Counted from the first letter of the stretch, positions 40,768-54,952 are shown. The stretch: 64,000 bases of DNA from Octopus sinensis (GCF_006345805.1 NC_043000.1:97526001-97590000), one strand, 5' to 3'. Notes: generated by a model from the sequence alone, not told the origin. Translations and numbers: made by a program.

Positions 40768-41725
40768 ATGCGTGCGTAAAACAGAGATTGGTAACTGCAT
40801 ATCATCTCCCATGTGTTGTGTTTTTGCGTTTACCAACCTCTCTACAGCAGCAGCAGCAAACAAAGATTTCTTAAAAGAAAAGCCTTGGTTGTTCTCAGAA
40901 GGGGGTTAGCTTATATGAATGCCAAAATATTTGAAGAATACTTTTCTAACGAATCAGCATTTCGAAAAGGTTTTTGTAGTCTTCAACAGAGCGCTTTTCT
41001 GGATGTAATGTGCCATGCAGTTGAGTCTCTCGTCCATCTCCCACTCCTGTTTTTTTTTTGATTTTTTTTATCTTTCTGATTTTCTTTTCTCTTACCCATA
41101 TGGCTTCATTTTTCTGAGACGGAATCAAGATGCTCTGCATGATGTCTTTGTCAAAGAACTTTGGTTATTCAGAATTCTGTTTTGCCAATGTGATATTTTA
41201 CATCACTCTTCCGAGACCAGTCATGTAGATAATACAACTGGTTGATCTTGACTAACTGAATAACTCGATTCCTTTATAAAGTTCGCCTGCCGTGTTGAAC
41301 GTATAAAGCCGTTGCTGAGACAAATACAGAAGACGAAAATCAAAGCAAACGTGTGTGTGTGTGTGCGTGTGTGTGTGCGTGCGTGCGTGTGTGAGTGTGT
41401 TTGTGAGTACATGAAGGGAGGGAGTGAGAGAGAGAGAGAGAGAGGTGGATGGATAGTAAGCAGGTGAGTAAGGAGAGCCTATGACTGAACATAGGTATTT
41501 GGAAGGAAGCACGGATAAATGAATCTAAACGCGCACGAGCGTATGTGTGTTAGATTCCTTGAAATGTCTTTTCCTCGACTATGCACATTTGAACACATGC
41601 AAAGACACACAAACACACACACATACACACACACATATATGTGGGTAGGATATATATGTGAGCATAAATGTGAGTGCATGTCTGTATGTGTATTTATGTA
41701 TATGTGTGTATATATTTGTTTACCG

Positions 41726-41757
<32 letters not shown>

Positions 41758-41789
41758 GTGCGTGTGCGTGTGTGTGTGTGTTTGTGTGT

Positions 41790-42575
41790 GTCTTCGGAAA
41801 ACATTGTCTTCGGAAAATTCTTGGGTTAAACTGGAGAATGGCGAACAGTGATGTAGAAGTACTTGTGAGAAGTTGCAGTAGGAGTGTAAAATCGATCATT
41901 CTGCAAAGCTGTTTGAGGTGGGCCGGACATTTGGTGAGAATGAATGATAAAAGACTTCCTAACCACCTTTTGTATGGTGTGCTGAAAGATCGTAAAAGCC
42001 AACACATAAACCCTAAATAAGGTTCAAAGACTGCCTTAAAACTGTCTTGACACAAACAGGAAATTCAAATGCTGATTGGGAGTTAGAAGCACAAGACCGA
42101 AACAGATGGAGGAAAAGGGTGCACAGTGGTTGCTTGAAGTTTGAAAGAGAGAGAATAAAGCACGAGAAGATGAGGAGAAAGCTTAGAGAGAATGATACAG
42201 TAGAAAATGAAGGAGTATTGATTTTTGTGTGGGTGATTTGTAGGAGGAAATAGTTAAGTCACGCAGGCCTGGTCGGCCATCAAAGAAGCTACAGGAATCA
42301 ACCCTTTGTAAATTATAAATACAGCTATTGTTGACAACAGAACATGTACAAACTGTGTGCCGTTCAGTTGGAAGATTAAAAGGACATGTCAAAAGACTTC
42401 ATACTATGGCACCGGTTCTTTCTGTCAGCCAACATAACTGTGCATTATCCAATGAGATGTGTAAATCTTTAGCGGGACTCAAGAGTCATATAAGAGCCTC
42501 ACATTGCATTATCTATGACTCATTGCAATGATTCTTTCTAGCAATGGCTTTGTTCGTATACGAGAAAGCAGCCTC
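41790..42575 (+). mobile_element. RTE-clade LINE 3' fragment with C-terminal zinc-finger remnants
   Basis: CLRKILGLNW...LRWAGHLVRMNDKRLPNHLLYG...RFKDCLK...WELEAQDRNRWR...CKSLAGLKSHIR. Confidence 0.88.
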
Positions 42576-42594
42576 TCTCTCTATATATATATAT

Positions 42595-42975
42595 CTTTTG
42601 TTTGTTTCAGTCATTTGACTGCGGCCATGCTGGAGCACCGCCTTTAGTCGAGCATATCGACTCCAGGACTTATTCTTTGTAAGCCTAGTACTTATTCTAT
42701 CGGTCTCTTTTGCCGAACTACTAGATTACGGGGACGTAAACACACCAGCATCGGTTGTCAAGCGATGTTGGTGGGGACAAACACACACACACAAATATAT
42801 ATATATACATATATACGACGGGCTTCTTTCAGTTTCCGTCAACCAAATCCACTCACAAGGCTTTAGTCAGCCCAAGGCTATAGTAGAAGATACTTGCCCA
42901 AGGAGCCACGCAGTGGGACAGAACCCGGAACCATGTAGTTGGTAAGCAAGCTACCACACAGCCACTCCTATGCCT
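42595..42975 (-). mobile_element. SINE family A
   Basis: A consensus. Confidence 0.9.
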
Positions 42976-42989
42976 ATATATATATACAT

Positions 42990-43172
<183 letters not shown>

Positions 43173-43525
43173 TAAGGCTAACAAATAGAAACTTCGAAAT
43201 CACTGTCACCCTTCTTCTTGTAAAAGTTTAACAAACATGTACACTATAAAAAGTATTGAGTAATTCTTCAATTTAATGTAAAATTGTTTTTGCGTGTAAC
43301 TTGGCGTAAAAACAGTCATTAATATCTAATGTTGCATCTAGGGTGGCGAGATGACAGAATCGTTAGCACTCTGGGTGAAATGCTTAGTGACATTTCGTCC
43401 GCCTTTACGTTCTGGGTTCAATTTCCGACGGGATCGACTTTCATTCGTTCAGAATCGATAAAATACGTACTAGTTGAGTGCAGGGATCAAAATTTAAAGC
43501 CACCAGAAGTGTGTGAGAGAGAGAG

Positions 43526-43610
<85 letters not shown>

Positions 43611-44019
43611 ATTTAATATTTAAATACCTGATGATAAATATTCAGCGTTAGACACAATGTATTAAGCTTTGTTTCAGCTGTCTCCACTGAGTTTAAACTT
43701 GGTTAGGCCAAATATATCTCTCATCGGCAAATAAAGTAACAACCTTCTCTAACTTTCACATTTTGGAGCAGTGGTTCTTAATTCTTTTCTCTGAAGCGCC
43801 ACACTTTTTAAGTAGATGTTACTCCTAGTGCCCACTTAAATGTCAGTGATGTATCTTTGACCTGTGTCAGGATCAAAGATGGAATGACCAAGAAGTTGTC
43901 TATGATTTATCGCGAATACATGAGTACGTAGTACTCCTAAACAAAAGCACAATAATAGCTGAAACCAAAAATCATCGCTTGCGAATGACGGCAGTAGAAT
44001 TGTTTGGAGATACGTCGCT

Positions 44020-44408
44020 GCAACTTGGTCAATTTCCTTCTACTATAGCCCCCGAGCCGACCGATGCGTTGTGAATGAATGTGATGAAAGCAACTTGACA
44101 GCCCGTCGTATATGTATAAATATATGTGTGTGTGTGTGTATGTGTACATACATACATACATACATATATACATACATACATACATACATACATACATACA
44201 TGTGTGTGTCTGTATTTGTCCCTTACCATCGCTTGACAGCCGGTATCGGTTTGTTTGCAGCCCTGTGAATTGGGTATTTGGCAATAGAGATCGATAGGAT
44301 AAGTATTAGATTTTAAAATAAGTACTAAAGTCAATATGTACTACTAAAACCCTTCAAGGTGGTGCTCCAGCATAGACGCAGTCCAATGACTGAAACAACT
44401 AAAAGATT
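44020..44408 (+). mobile_element. SINE family A, degraded
   Basis: A body and tail. Confidence 0.72.
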
Positions 44409-45149
44409 ACCGATACATGCATAACCGCCACTCTTAAGCGAGCATGATTTGGTTGCATTCATTTTGCTTCCGCTGTTTTAAATGCCTATTAAGTTGCGAG
44501 CAAATATTGATAGTCCATCAACCGGTCCAGTGAATCATCCTGGAAGAAGACGGAGTTGCACAAGAAATCGGCTGATACGCTTTTTCATTTGAACAGAGTG
44601 GTGTTATGTGAAATAAAATCTTTTGCTGAATTAAGCAGCATGCCGCCAGATTTAGGAATCAAACCCATACTTTTATGATCGTGAACCCAACACTCAACCA
44701 CTAGGTGCATGGCCAATTTTTTGAGTGTTGAACTCACGATACACACGCCCCCACACACAGTCAGGGAGAGATAAAGAAAGAGAAAAGACAGATAAACATC
44801 TACTGTGTAAGGAATGTATTCACATGGAAAGTTGCACATACAATTATATGATGCATGAAAGTCTTATCGTTACAGCTGTTTCGGATAATCGATGACTGGT
44901 ACCATAATCGAGCATATTATATAATGACATCCAATAATATAGGTGTAAGGTTTGGCACAGATCTTCAAACGCACATACGCACACACATACACACACAAAC
45001 ACACATACACACGCACGCACACACGAGAGAGAGAGAGTTGTACCGAATGTAATGCAAAAACTAACTGAACTTTTCTGTTAACTAACAGTTCGTTCAAACT
45101 GCCCATGTTGGTGGAGTATCTCTTCCTCTATACTAACTCTTCTTCATAG

Positions 45150-45845
45150 CAAGCAAATAATGGGTTTCAAAGAGATGCAATATGCCGTCATTGTAATCTA
45201 GACAGAGGGGAGCTGCAAGCTGGCGGACACGCAGAATGTTACAACTCGTTTACGGAGATGACACCATTGACAAGAGTAATGTAAAGGCGGCGACCTGGCA
45301 GAAGCTGTAGCACGCCGGGCGAAATGCTTTATTGTATTTCATCTACCGCTGCTTTCTGAGTTCAAATTCCGCCGAGGTCGACTTTGCCTTTCATCCTTTC
45401 GGAGTCGATTAAATAAGTACCAGTTACGCACTGGGGTAGATATAATCGACTTAATCCGTTTGTCTGTCCTTGTTTGTCCTCTCTGTGTTTAACCCCTTGT
45501 GGGTAGCAAAGAAATAGGTATTTCGTCTGTCTTTACGTTCTGAGTTCAATTTCCGCCGAGGTCGACTTTGCCTTTCATTCTTTCAGGGTCAATAAATTAA
45601 GTTCCAGTTACACACTGGGGTCGATGTAATCGACTTAATCCGTTTGTCTGTCTTTGTTTGTCCCCTCTATGTTTAGTCCCTTGTGGGCAGTAAAGAAATA
45701 AGAGTAATGTGTACCGATGGATGAAGGAATTTAAAAAAGGTAAAAAAACACAACATTGAAGACAAGCGACGCTGTAGGAGCCATCAAATGCGACCACAGA
45801 TACGAACCGCCAACGAGTGCACGGATTAGTGCTGACAGATAAGTT
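45150..45845 (+). mobile_element. Tc1/mariner transposase N-terminal remnant interrupted by a SINE
   Basis: Removing the SINE gives VYGDDTIDKSNVYRWMKEFKKG...IEDKRR, a mariner helix-turn-helix pattern. Confidence 0.7.
45283..45699 (+). mobile_element. Dimeric SINE family B with 11-bp TSD
   Basis: Full monomer plus headless second unit; AAGAGTAATGT at 45272-45282 and 45700-45710. Confidence 0.9.
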
Positions 45846-46361
45846 ACAAATTTTGTACTTGCATTAAAGATAATGGGCGAATATTCCGTCAAATATTCCA
45901 CAAATTGTTAATATAACAGGTCTGATACAGTTGCTTGAGACTGGAAAAAACTATATACTATTGTCGGGTGTAAGCTGTTGAGTGATTTTTTTTAATAAAT
46001 CAGATTGGGGAGAAAATTAAAATTTATACTCAACTATTTATGCCATGAAATGACCTGCAAATCTGTCTTGATTATAAATTCACATTTGTTACTCAATCAT
46101 TGACGTAGTTGGTTGTTACTAATAAATTAATAATTGTTTGAAAAATCTTGACTTGCAGGCAATGAAAAATATCATCTAACTCATGAAATTCAGTCTGTAA
46201 TCAGAACAGTAAAAATATACAAGACTTTTCTAATCTTGAACATGAAATCTTTTATTGTTCTCCAAGTTCTAACGAATAAATTTTATTCTTTTTTTTTTTT
46301 TTTTTTGAAATTAAACTCTCTTTCACAGGAATAATTTAAAGGATACAAATACATACATATG

Positions 46362-46402
<41 letters not shown>

Positions 46403-47076
46403 CACCCACTAACAAGCGCTCGAAATACTTACATATGTATGTACAGATGTACCCTAAAGCAGACATACAAAATACATGAGCACAAACATACATAAATCCT
46501 AGACAACATACAAATGTACATACATTTCTATAAACACACATGCCTACAAATATACGCGTATAATGATTACATACAAAAGTACAAACACACAGACACATAC
46601 ACACACACGCACATACGCATATACAAATACATAAGCGTATATGCAAGCAAACACGTATATACATACAGACACACATAAATATATATATATATAAATATAT
46701 GCATTCATACGTACAAGAATATACACATACATACGTACATGCATATACACATACACACATACATGCATATATTTACAAATAACAAATTGACATCGGAAAG
46801 CCAATTAAATTAATTTCATTGACAACAATACAAATTACACACGTCGTGCTAATTCATTAAACGTGTAATTAACAAAGAAAGGAACGTTTACAAACATCTT
46901 CTATCAATTTATCATTGTGTTTGTTTTGTAATTTTCTGTATATTTTCCTTCTTTTTCAAAATAATCGACCGCAAATTCTAAATAAATCACAGACACACAC
47001 CCATATGTTGCATATATATGTACATATGTATGTAAAATGTATGTACGTATGTATATGTGTGTGTATGTGTGTGACC

Positions 47077-47124
<48 letters not shown>

Positions 47125-47155
47125 TATATATATTATATATATATATATATATATA

Positions 47156-47928
47156 CAATATGTTACATTACTCGGTAGTCAAGATAAAACTCTGAGTTTC
47201 AGATGCCGAAGTGGAAATCCACAACACCATCTCTTCGGTTATCTGGCTATTTGAAAACGTTATGAAAAAATACCGTTAAAAATGAAGGGAAATTACTCTG
47301 TTATAACTCTGCTTTGCCTGCGTACTTATACATCGCTCGCATTTTTCGTCATAAAAATTATATAAAAATACATAAAAATATATAAAAATATATAAAATCT
47401 TCTTGGGACATAACACAGAAAGCATGTTCTATCCGTTTTCTTTAGGGGACCAAAACGTAACAGAAATTTAGTCACATGTGGGCATGATCCGAAAAGCTCT
47501 GTCCTTGTATTTAGACATGTGGTAGGGTCTAAGCTGCTTTTCCAGATAAGCCATCTCTCCATGTCGCATAAACCGCACCTTCCGCTGCCGTTAGTGTAGG
47601 GCTTACATCTGGCCAAAATCTTCCATTGTATGTTATAATCGACACCTTTATCTCTTAAAGACCAAATATGATTGGATAATTGTGTCACTTTTCTTTTGTT
47701 CCAGTGCCTAAAGCTCAAAGTGTGGTTATTGAACCTGGCTTGAAATTACCCTCTGTCAGGCCCACGTATTTCTTCGTCGAAACGGTGTCTTTAGTGGTTA
47801 TAGAGTTTACGGTAGCTTCATATATGATGGTCTTGGACATGCAAGCTCCATTTCGACACCGTTTCGACGAAGAAATACGTGGCCTGACAGAGGGTAATTT
47901 CAAGGCCAGGTTCAATAACCACACTTTG
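47156..47928 (-). mobile_element. Penelope-like element 3' fragment (GIY-YIG domain, probably Naiad-type) with inverted 5' end
   Basis: GACMSKTIIYEATV...KKYVGLTEGNFK(ARFNNH)TLSFRH...TQLSNHIWSLR...IQWKIL...CGLCDMER...LNTRTELFGSCPH; 3' end into (TA)n. Confidence 0.88.
47182..47244 (-). ncRNA. Type I hammerhead in PLE 3' end (U4C variant)
   Basis: AGATAA-CCGAAGA-GATG(...GTGGATTTCCAC...)CATC-T-GAAA-CTCAGAG-TT-TTATCT: 6-bp stem I, GUU triplet. Confidence 0.75.
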
Positions 47929-48240
47929 GTGGTGGTGGTGGTGGTGGTGGTGGTGGTGGTGGCAACGGTGGTGGTGGTGGTGGTGGTGATGGTGGCGGTG
48001 GAGGTGGAGGTGGCGGCGGTGGAGGAGGCGGCGGAGGAGGCGGCGGAGGAGGGGCGGCAGAGGAGGATGGGAGGGGGAGGGGGGGAGGGGGAGGAGGAGG
48101 AAGTGGAAGAAGAAGAAGAAGAAGAAGAAGAAGAAGAGGAGGAGGAGGTGGCTGTGGCAGTGGTGGTGATAGTGGTGGTGGCGGTGCTGGTGGCGATGCT
48201 GGTGGTGCTGGTTCTGAGGTGATGACAGTAGTGGTAGTAG
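47927..48240. repeat. (GGT)/(GGA)/(GAA) trinucleotide low-complexity tract
   Basis: Read directly. Confidence 0.95.
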
Positions 48241-48468
48241 CGAGCTGGCAGAAACGTTAGCACGCCGGGCGAAATGCGTAGCCGTATTTCGTCTGTCGTT
48301 ACGTTCTGGGTTCAAATTCCATCGTGGTTGACTTTGCCGTTCATCCTTTCGGGGTCAATAAATTAAGTACCAGTTAGGCACTGGGGTCGATGTAATCGAC
48401 TTAATACCTATGTCTGTTCTTGTTTGTCCCCTCTATGTTTAGCCCCTTGTGGTTAATAAAGAAATAGG
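48240..48468 (+). mobile_element. SINE family B
   Basis: B consensus. Confidence 0.88.
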
Positions 48469-49583
48469 TAGTAGAGGTTGTAGTGAAATTGATGCGAGAG
48501 GTGATGGCGATTGGGAGGTGATAGTGGTGGGTGATGTTGTTTTGGTAGCGGTGGTGGTTTTGGTGGTGAGAGTGTCCCTGTGTGATGAAACCGGTGACCG
48601 TGATGTTGATGATGGCGATATTGTCAATAAAGAAGGCGGAGAAATGTGTAAAAAGACTCAATGAGGAGGAAGAGATGGGGTGATGGTGGTGGGGTTGGCA
48701 TTGTATGGGGGTGTGGCATGATTAGTGCTGATGTTATTAGCTTACCTCTTCTATTAGGAGTATGTATATGTTAGAAGATCTTTGATTTTTATGTCCGTGT
48801 TTGTGTTGTGTTCCACCTCTTTGCCATCATTTAAACAATTTCATTCTCCCAATCTACCCTCACCCTTACATATCACACCCACACATACAACACATACCAC
48901 CACCACCACCACAACCACCCCATCATCATCATCACCACTACTACCACCACCACCGACACCAATTCTACTACTATCACTACCTCATCACTATCGCTACCAC
49001 TTCATCACTACCGCCGCCAGCATCACCACTACCACCACCACCACCAACACCACCAACACCACCACCACCACCATCACCACCACCATTACCATCGCCACCA
49101 CTGCTACCACCACTGCAAAAATTTAAACAAAGGAGACAAAAATTATAAACGGACCTATTTTCTGAACACCCACACTGCCACCCGTTTCTTCCACCAACGC
49201 CCACCCCCTCCATCTATCCACGATCTTTTAAACATTTTACATACATACCCACATCTATAGCAGAACTCAAAACAATCTTTAAAGTCGGTAGTTCTTTCTT
49301 TTTATATATATGTATAATTTTTATGCATTTTTAATTTGTTTAGTGTTTGGTTTCCAAGTCATTCCATGAAGTTTTATGGGGATGGAGTTTCGGGTGGTTG
49401 TGTTGTTCTTGTTATAAACATTGTTGAGCTGTTGGTGTGTTGTTCTTGGTCGTAATGATAGCCGTGGTGGTGATGGGGATGGTGGTGTTATTGTTAGAGC
49501 TATCACTTTTCAATTGCTAGCAGATTTGTTACTGTCTTTTTTGTGCGTTGAAGTTATGAATATATATATATATATATTATATA

Positions 49584-49629
<46 letters not shown>

Positions 49630-49630
49630 G

Positions 49631-49676
<46 letters not shown>

Positions 49677-49684
49677 GTATGTAT

Positions 49685-49717
<33 letters not shown>

Positions 49718-49718
49718 T

Positions 49719-49754
<36 letters not shown>

Positions 49755-49799
49755 AGTACATCTGGTGTGTGTGTATGTGTATGTGTGTGTGTGTGTGGT

Positions 49800-49836
<37 letters not shown>

Positions 49837-51086
49837 GAGAAATACTCTCTTAAGGGGAAATGTTGTTTGCATTCTTTTTCAACAGGCCATGTATTTGTTT
49901 TTCAGCAGATATACAATACGAAACAAATTAGAAAAGTGAGTTTGATGAGAGTCGAACTTACGATTCCCCTTTGATGTCTCGATGTAATTACTACTATACC
50001 ATAACATCCCCACTGACATTATCTGCTTTCACAATAACACTTTTATACGTGTTCGCTCCATTGTTCTTGTTTGTTTTTACATAACGGCTTTTGTTTTTTC
50101 AGAGATGGGTAGAGTAAATTTGTTGTCGGTTTAACACCACCATCTGGCCTATGGGGTGCCTTTGGCAAAATACATTCGGTAGTAAGTATTCCGGTTAAGT
50201 CTCCTTTCCAATGATATCTTCTTTACTTGCTTCCATTGGTCGCGTGAGCCCTCGAAATGTTTCTTAGACGTTGTACGATCTCATCTTATAAAAGCTGTGG
50301 TTCTCAACCTTGATGACTTGGAACTCAAACAAACAATAATTATTGGGACGCTTCTCATCTAAAGTTAAAACTTTTTGGCACATTTTACACATGGAAATTT
50401 TAATTATTGGAAACTTATGTATGGAAAGTTTGAAATTATTCTCACACTATGCATGGAAATTTTTTTAATATTTATACAAGTGTGCATGAAAAATTTTAAA
50501 TAGTTGGTAGAATAAAAATCATTGGTATACTTATCATCGGAAGGTTTTTTTTTAAATGAAGCAGTAAACTTCATAATATATTGTACACTCTTCACGTCAT
50601 CGAACCAACAACAACACGAAAAGAATACACCTTCTCCTCGACTTACGACCGAGTTCCGTTCCAACTGATAGGTCGTAAGTCGATCTGGACGTATGTCGGA
50701 TTTATACTTTTCAACGCTATTTTTTATAAAAATATAACGCACAAAAATTTAATCCATAATTATTGTACATAATGTGAAATATTTGTACTCTATTGCACTG
50801 TAAACAAAAGTACAATCTAAAATTAATGTAAAAATTAATACAAATGCAATTCTGCAGATATTCAATAAAAAAAATTGTTCCTGTGCAAAAAGTGCAATTG
50901 AAAATAAATTTTTAAATATTAAAACATGATGGGCAGCTTAAACATGCGAGTGGCACACTTTGCAGACACAGCAATACACAACAACACGATCCCAGGAACT
51001 ATATGAAAAACTATCTTCAAACACAAATACAACACTCCAGAGTACAACAAATACTATCTCTCCTACTAGATATTATATATATATAG

Positions 51087-51250
51087 GGAGAATTCACAAA
51101 AAAAAAAGTCAAAGATAGGTGGTGTAGACAAAAAAACAGATGTATTAGTATAACGCTCGGGAAGTGAAAAAGTCTTTAACGTTTTGAGCCTACGCTCTTC
51201 CACAGAAAGAAACACAGAAGGAAACAAGGAGAGAAAATAAAGAATGTGTA
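51087..51250 (-). mobile_element. Short PLE-like 3' terminus with degenerate hammerhead (51174-51209)
   Basis: CTTT-CTGTGGA-A-GAGC(GTAG)GCTC-AAAA-CG-TT-AAAG; same architecture as the 22165 motif; ends in (TA)n. Confidence 0.6.
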
Positions 51251-51534
51251 GCGATTTATCTTTTATCTGTTACTTGTTTTAGTCATTTGACTGCAGTAAT
51301 GCTGGAGCACCGCCTTGAATAATTTTTTTTAGTCGATCAAATCGAGTGGCTATTTGGGGCAGATTAAGATTAAAGCGACTGTTACTATAAATATTCATCA
51401 GGGTTTTCAAGCCTTTTTCAACGTGGCTATTTATATTTATATCATATTTTTGGAGACAAATACATACATATAAGTGCATGACGTGAAGCTGATGAATTTT
51501 TCCATTGGTATATGCATTCATAGAGGAATATATC

Positions 51535-51930
51535 TTTTCCTTTTTTTCTTCTTTTCTCTGTTCCAGTCATTAGACTACAGCCATGCTGCGGCACCACCTT
51601 AAAGAAACTTTTGTAGAATGAATCGATCCCAGTATTTCCTTTTTTTATGCCTGGTACGTATTCTATCGATTATCTTTTGTCGAACCACTAATTTACGAGG
51701 ATATAAACACCAACACTGATTGTCAAGCAGTGGTGGGGTCAAAAACAGACAGAAAGACACACTCACATATACGACGGGTTTCTTTCAGTTTCATTCAACC
51801 AAATCCACTCAAAAGGCTTTGGTCAGTCCGAGATTATAGTAGAAGACACTTGCCCAAGTTACTATGCAGTGGGTCTGAACCCAAAACCATACGGCTGCGA
51901 AGCAAGCTTCTTACCACACAGCCATGCCTG
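51535..51930 (-). mobile_element. SINE family A
   Basis: A consensus. Confidence 0.8.
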
Positions 51931-52619
51931 TATAAATAATATAGAAATATAGTAATATGTATGCATATCCACACATAGATATAGAGGTATCTGCATTTAT
52001 ACATACGTGCATACTCACATACATTTATATATTCATAAGCACTAAGAAAAATATATACTCATGAACTTATGTACGTGTGTACGTGAGTGTGTGTGTGTGC
52101 TTTTGTTAAGGGAGGGATGCGCGCGTACGTGTGGAAGTGTGTACACAACTACATGTATGCATGCATGCATACATACCCAAACTTACTCGTTTGCACCTCC
52201 AAAGAAATACCTGCAATATACCAATGGTCTCGCTGAACTCAAACATAGTACTGTGAAGTACACTATCGAGAGTAAGAGAATGGTAACAGCAACTGTCACT
52301 TTCTGACCGAATCCACATCGTCAGCCTTCACTTCAGCCACCCCTAGAATTTCTGGGCCTGCAGGACGAGAGTGGGCAGTGGAAGAAGTGGAATATGTCCA
52401 AACTGTTGTTCTGTAGTATATCGTCCTGAATGAAGTGAAGATGAAATACTGAGATGATGAATCTACGAGTGATGCTTAGTGGTTTGTTTGACTACTTGCT
52501 CGATCAGGGCTGATCTAGGATCTACACAACCACGAACATATTGTTAATGTTAAAATTTTTCTGAATATTTATAACTCAAAAAGAAAAAGATTGATACTGA
52601 AAGCTGCATACAATCTATC

Positions 52620-52890
52620 TGGCACTGGGTCGGTTACGGCAAGGGTTCCTGTTGGTCCGATCAACAGAAGTTAACGTGTGAGTGGCTGAGCACTCCTCAG
52701 GCACGCGTACCCTTAACGTGGCTGGGAGATTCAGCGAGACACAGAATGTGACAAGGTTGGTCCTTTGAAATACAGGTACAACTCATTTTCGCCAGGTGAG
52801 TGGACTGGAGCAACGAGAAATAAAGCGTCTTGCTCAAGGACACAACGCGCAGCCGAATGCCCTAACCACTAAGCCCCGCGCCTTCACACC
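52620..52890 (-). mobile_element. SINE family C-related copy
   Basis: Head GGCGCGGGGCTTAGTGGTTAGGGC and central block shared with 28760-28880. Confidence 0.7.
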
Positions 52891-53689
52891 CACCCTATTA
52901 TATAATAGGAAATTAAATAACCAATAAATACTGTCTCGTGAAAACAGATCAGAAACGATGTAAGCAAATAATTTATATGAGAAATACTGTCTATTCATGT
53001 AAGTTGTCTATACCTAACAATAAACAACATACGATATAGTTTTGTAATAATTTGACATTTAAACAAAAACATCTCTATTTACTTTTCACGCAAAAGATAA
53101 CCAGACAGTATGTTACTGAGATGGGAAAATGTATGTACTCTGTTAAATACATTAACTGGATTGTTTTATTTATTATTTTTCATTAAATGGATGATAACCA
53201 AAGCGTTAGCCATGTGCCTCAATCAGAAACCATTATTCCGATGATACCAAGGCCGGCGACCTTTCAGAGACGAATAAAATGCTCAACGATATTTATTCCA
53301 ACTCTACATTCTGAACTCAAATCCCATTTATGTTAACTATACCTTTCATCCTTTTAGGATCGATAGGTAAAACAAAGTACCAGTCAAGTACTGGAGTTGA
53401 GGATATCACTAATCCCTTCTCCTCAAAATTGCTGGCTACGAGCCTAAATTAGAAATTGTTATATAGATGATATCTCGAATAAGAACAACTTTATCTTTTT
53501 ACAGTGCAAAACAATATTTCTTATACGTCAATAAAAGATTTTTGTAGTTCATGGTGTTTTTCAACTTTAGAACAGATTCTTTTAAATTCATGATTATCTG
53601 CTTATATCACAGTGTTAGGATGTAGATAGACGACAGCGTGTAGATACAGACCGTATACTTAGACGATCGAACTAAATTCAAATTTTTTA

Positions 53690-54025
53690 TCGTCTACTTA
53701 TTTCAATCGCTGAACTTACGGCCTCGCTGGGACACTAGAAATGTTTAGTCGAGGAAGTCGACCATCATGTACTTAGCTTTTTAAGTATGGTACTTATTCT
53801 ATCGGTTTCCTTTTGCCAAGTCGCTGCAGGATATAAACAACCCAATGCCAGTTGTCAAGTGGTGGGGAACCAATACAAAGACACATACACAGACATCCAT
53901 ACAATGAGCTTCTTTTCGGTTTCCATCGCCCAAAATTCACTCACAATGAATTGTTCGGCCCGCAGCTATAGTAGAAGGCACTTGCCCAAGTTGCCGCACA
54001 TTAGGACTGAGCCCGAGACCCGGTA
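53690..54025 (-). mobile_element. SINE family A, strongly degraded
   Basis: Residual A motifs. Confidence 0.65.
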
Positions 54026-54664
54026 ATGTTGTTTCTAACAACAATTACCATCACCCAGTAACAATAACAATGTGGTTGTTCAACTTGCCAGAAATAGAAG
54101 TTAAATCATTATTAAATCATACCCTACCATCTTTAGAAAATGAAGCACACATTGAATATTGTAGTCCTCAGTATACTGGAGAAAGATAAGGAATAATTAC
54201 GGATGGAACATGTTTCCTAGGCTCCTCGATCAAGAGCTGATCTGAGTATGAACAATATATAATATTTCAGTTTATATTTCCAATCTCAGTCTTACCAATG
54301 ATGTCCAATCTAACCTACCACTTCATCCGAGAATCCTAAATTACACAAACACGGTACATTTATTTCGATTTGATACGAATCACGGGTTCAAATCTTCTAG
54401 GTTATTCAATATACTAATTTCCTTCCAATACCCGGCCTTACCCGAATTTATTAATCTCTAAATCAATTTGATGCTTTTCTATTATCGACAGCCAAATTTT
54501 CATAAATAAACTAATATACTCGTGAGACGAATGTAATAATTGATCGGTGGACTTTCGGAATAGCTGTCACTACCTCATTGAGAAAGAGAAGAGCAAGTAA
54601 CTGGGTTACTGTTTAATAGCTTTAAAAAATTATTAATAGCAAAAGAAACAGAATTAATACTTGA

Positions 54665-54952
54665 AGGTAATATTTACCACCACTTAAAAGTGGATGATAT
54701 ATTAGAACACAAAATACTGCAATAGTTGCTATGAGAGAACATTTCATATGGTTTTGTGGTGCACATATGCACTCTTGCTTACATCACTAGTTGGTGACAA
54801 TCACCGCCATCGCCACCGCCACCGCCAGGACTAATATATAACGTGATTTCAGCTTTCCTTGGCGTCTACCACTGACAAGGTTCTCTCATGGTAACTATCA
54901 CTGTATTCTGTATTTTAACACATCCACTTTTAAGTGGCGGTAAATATTGCCT
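54665..54952. mobile_element. MITE with ~75-bp terminal inverted repeats, possibly Kolobok/T2-like
   Basis: AGGTAATATTTACCACCACTTAAAAGTGGATG / CATCCACTTTTAAGTGGCGGTAAATATTGCCT; flanks TTGA and TTAG resemble a decayed TTAA. Confidence 0.8.

Noticed and set aside
40414-40909. Lys/Arg-, Glu- and Phe/Leu-rich ORFs
   Set aside because: Polypyrimidine tract artefacts
47326-47355. SECIS or selenocysteine coding as reported for some Naiad PLEs
   Set aside because: No in-frame UGA in the fragment, and the ATGA...GA spacing is too short
47680-49213. Poly-Val/Glu/Thr/His/Pro ORFs
   Set aside because: Trinucleotide low-complexity tracts fused to a PLE fragment
52275-52332. Minus-strand CTGACGA...GAAA with a strong hairpin
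   Set aside because: Cleavage triplet is CCA rather than NUH; stems I and II are poor
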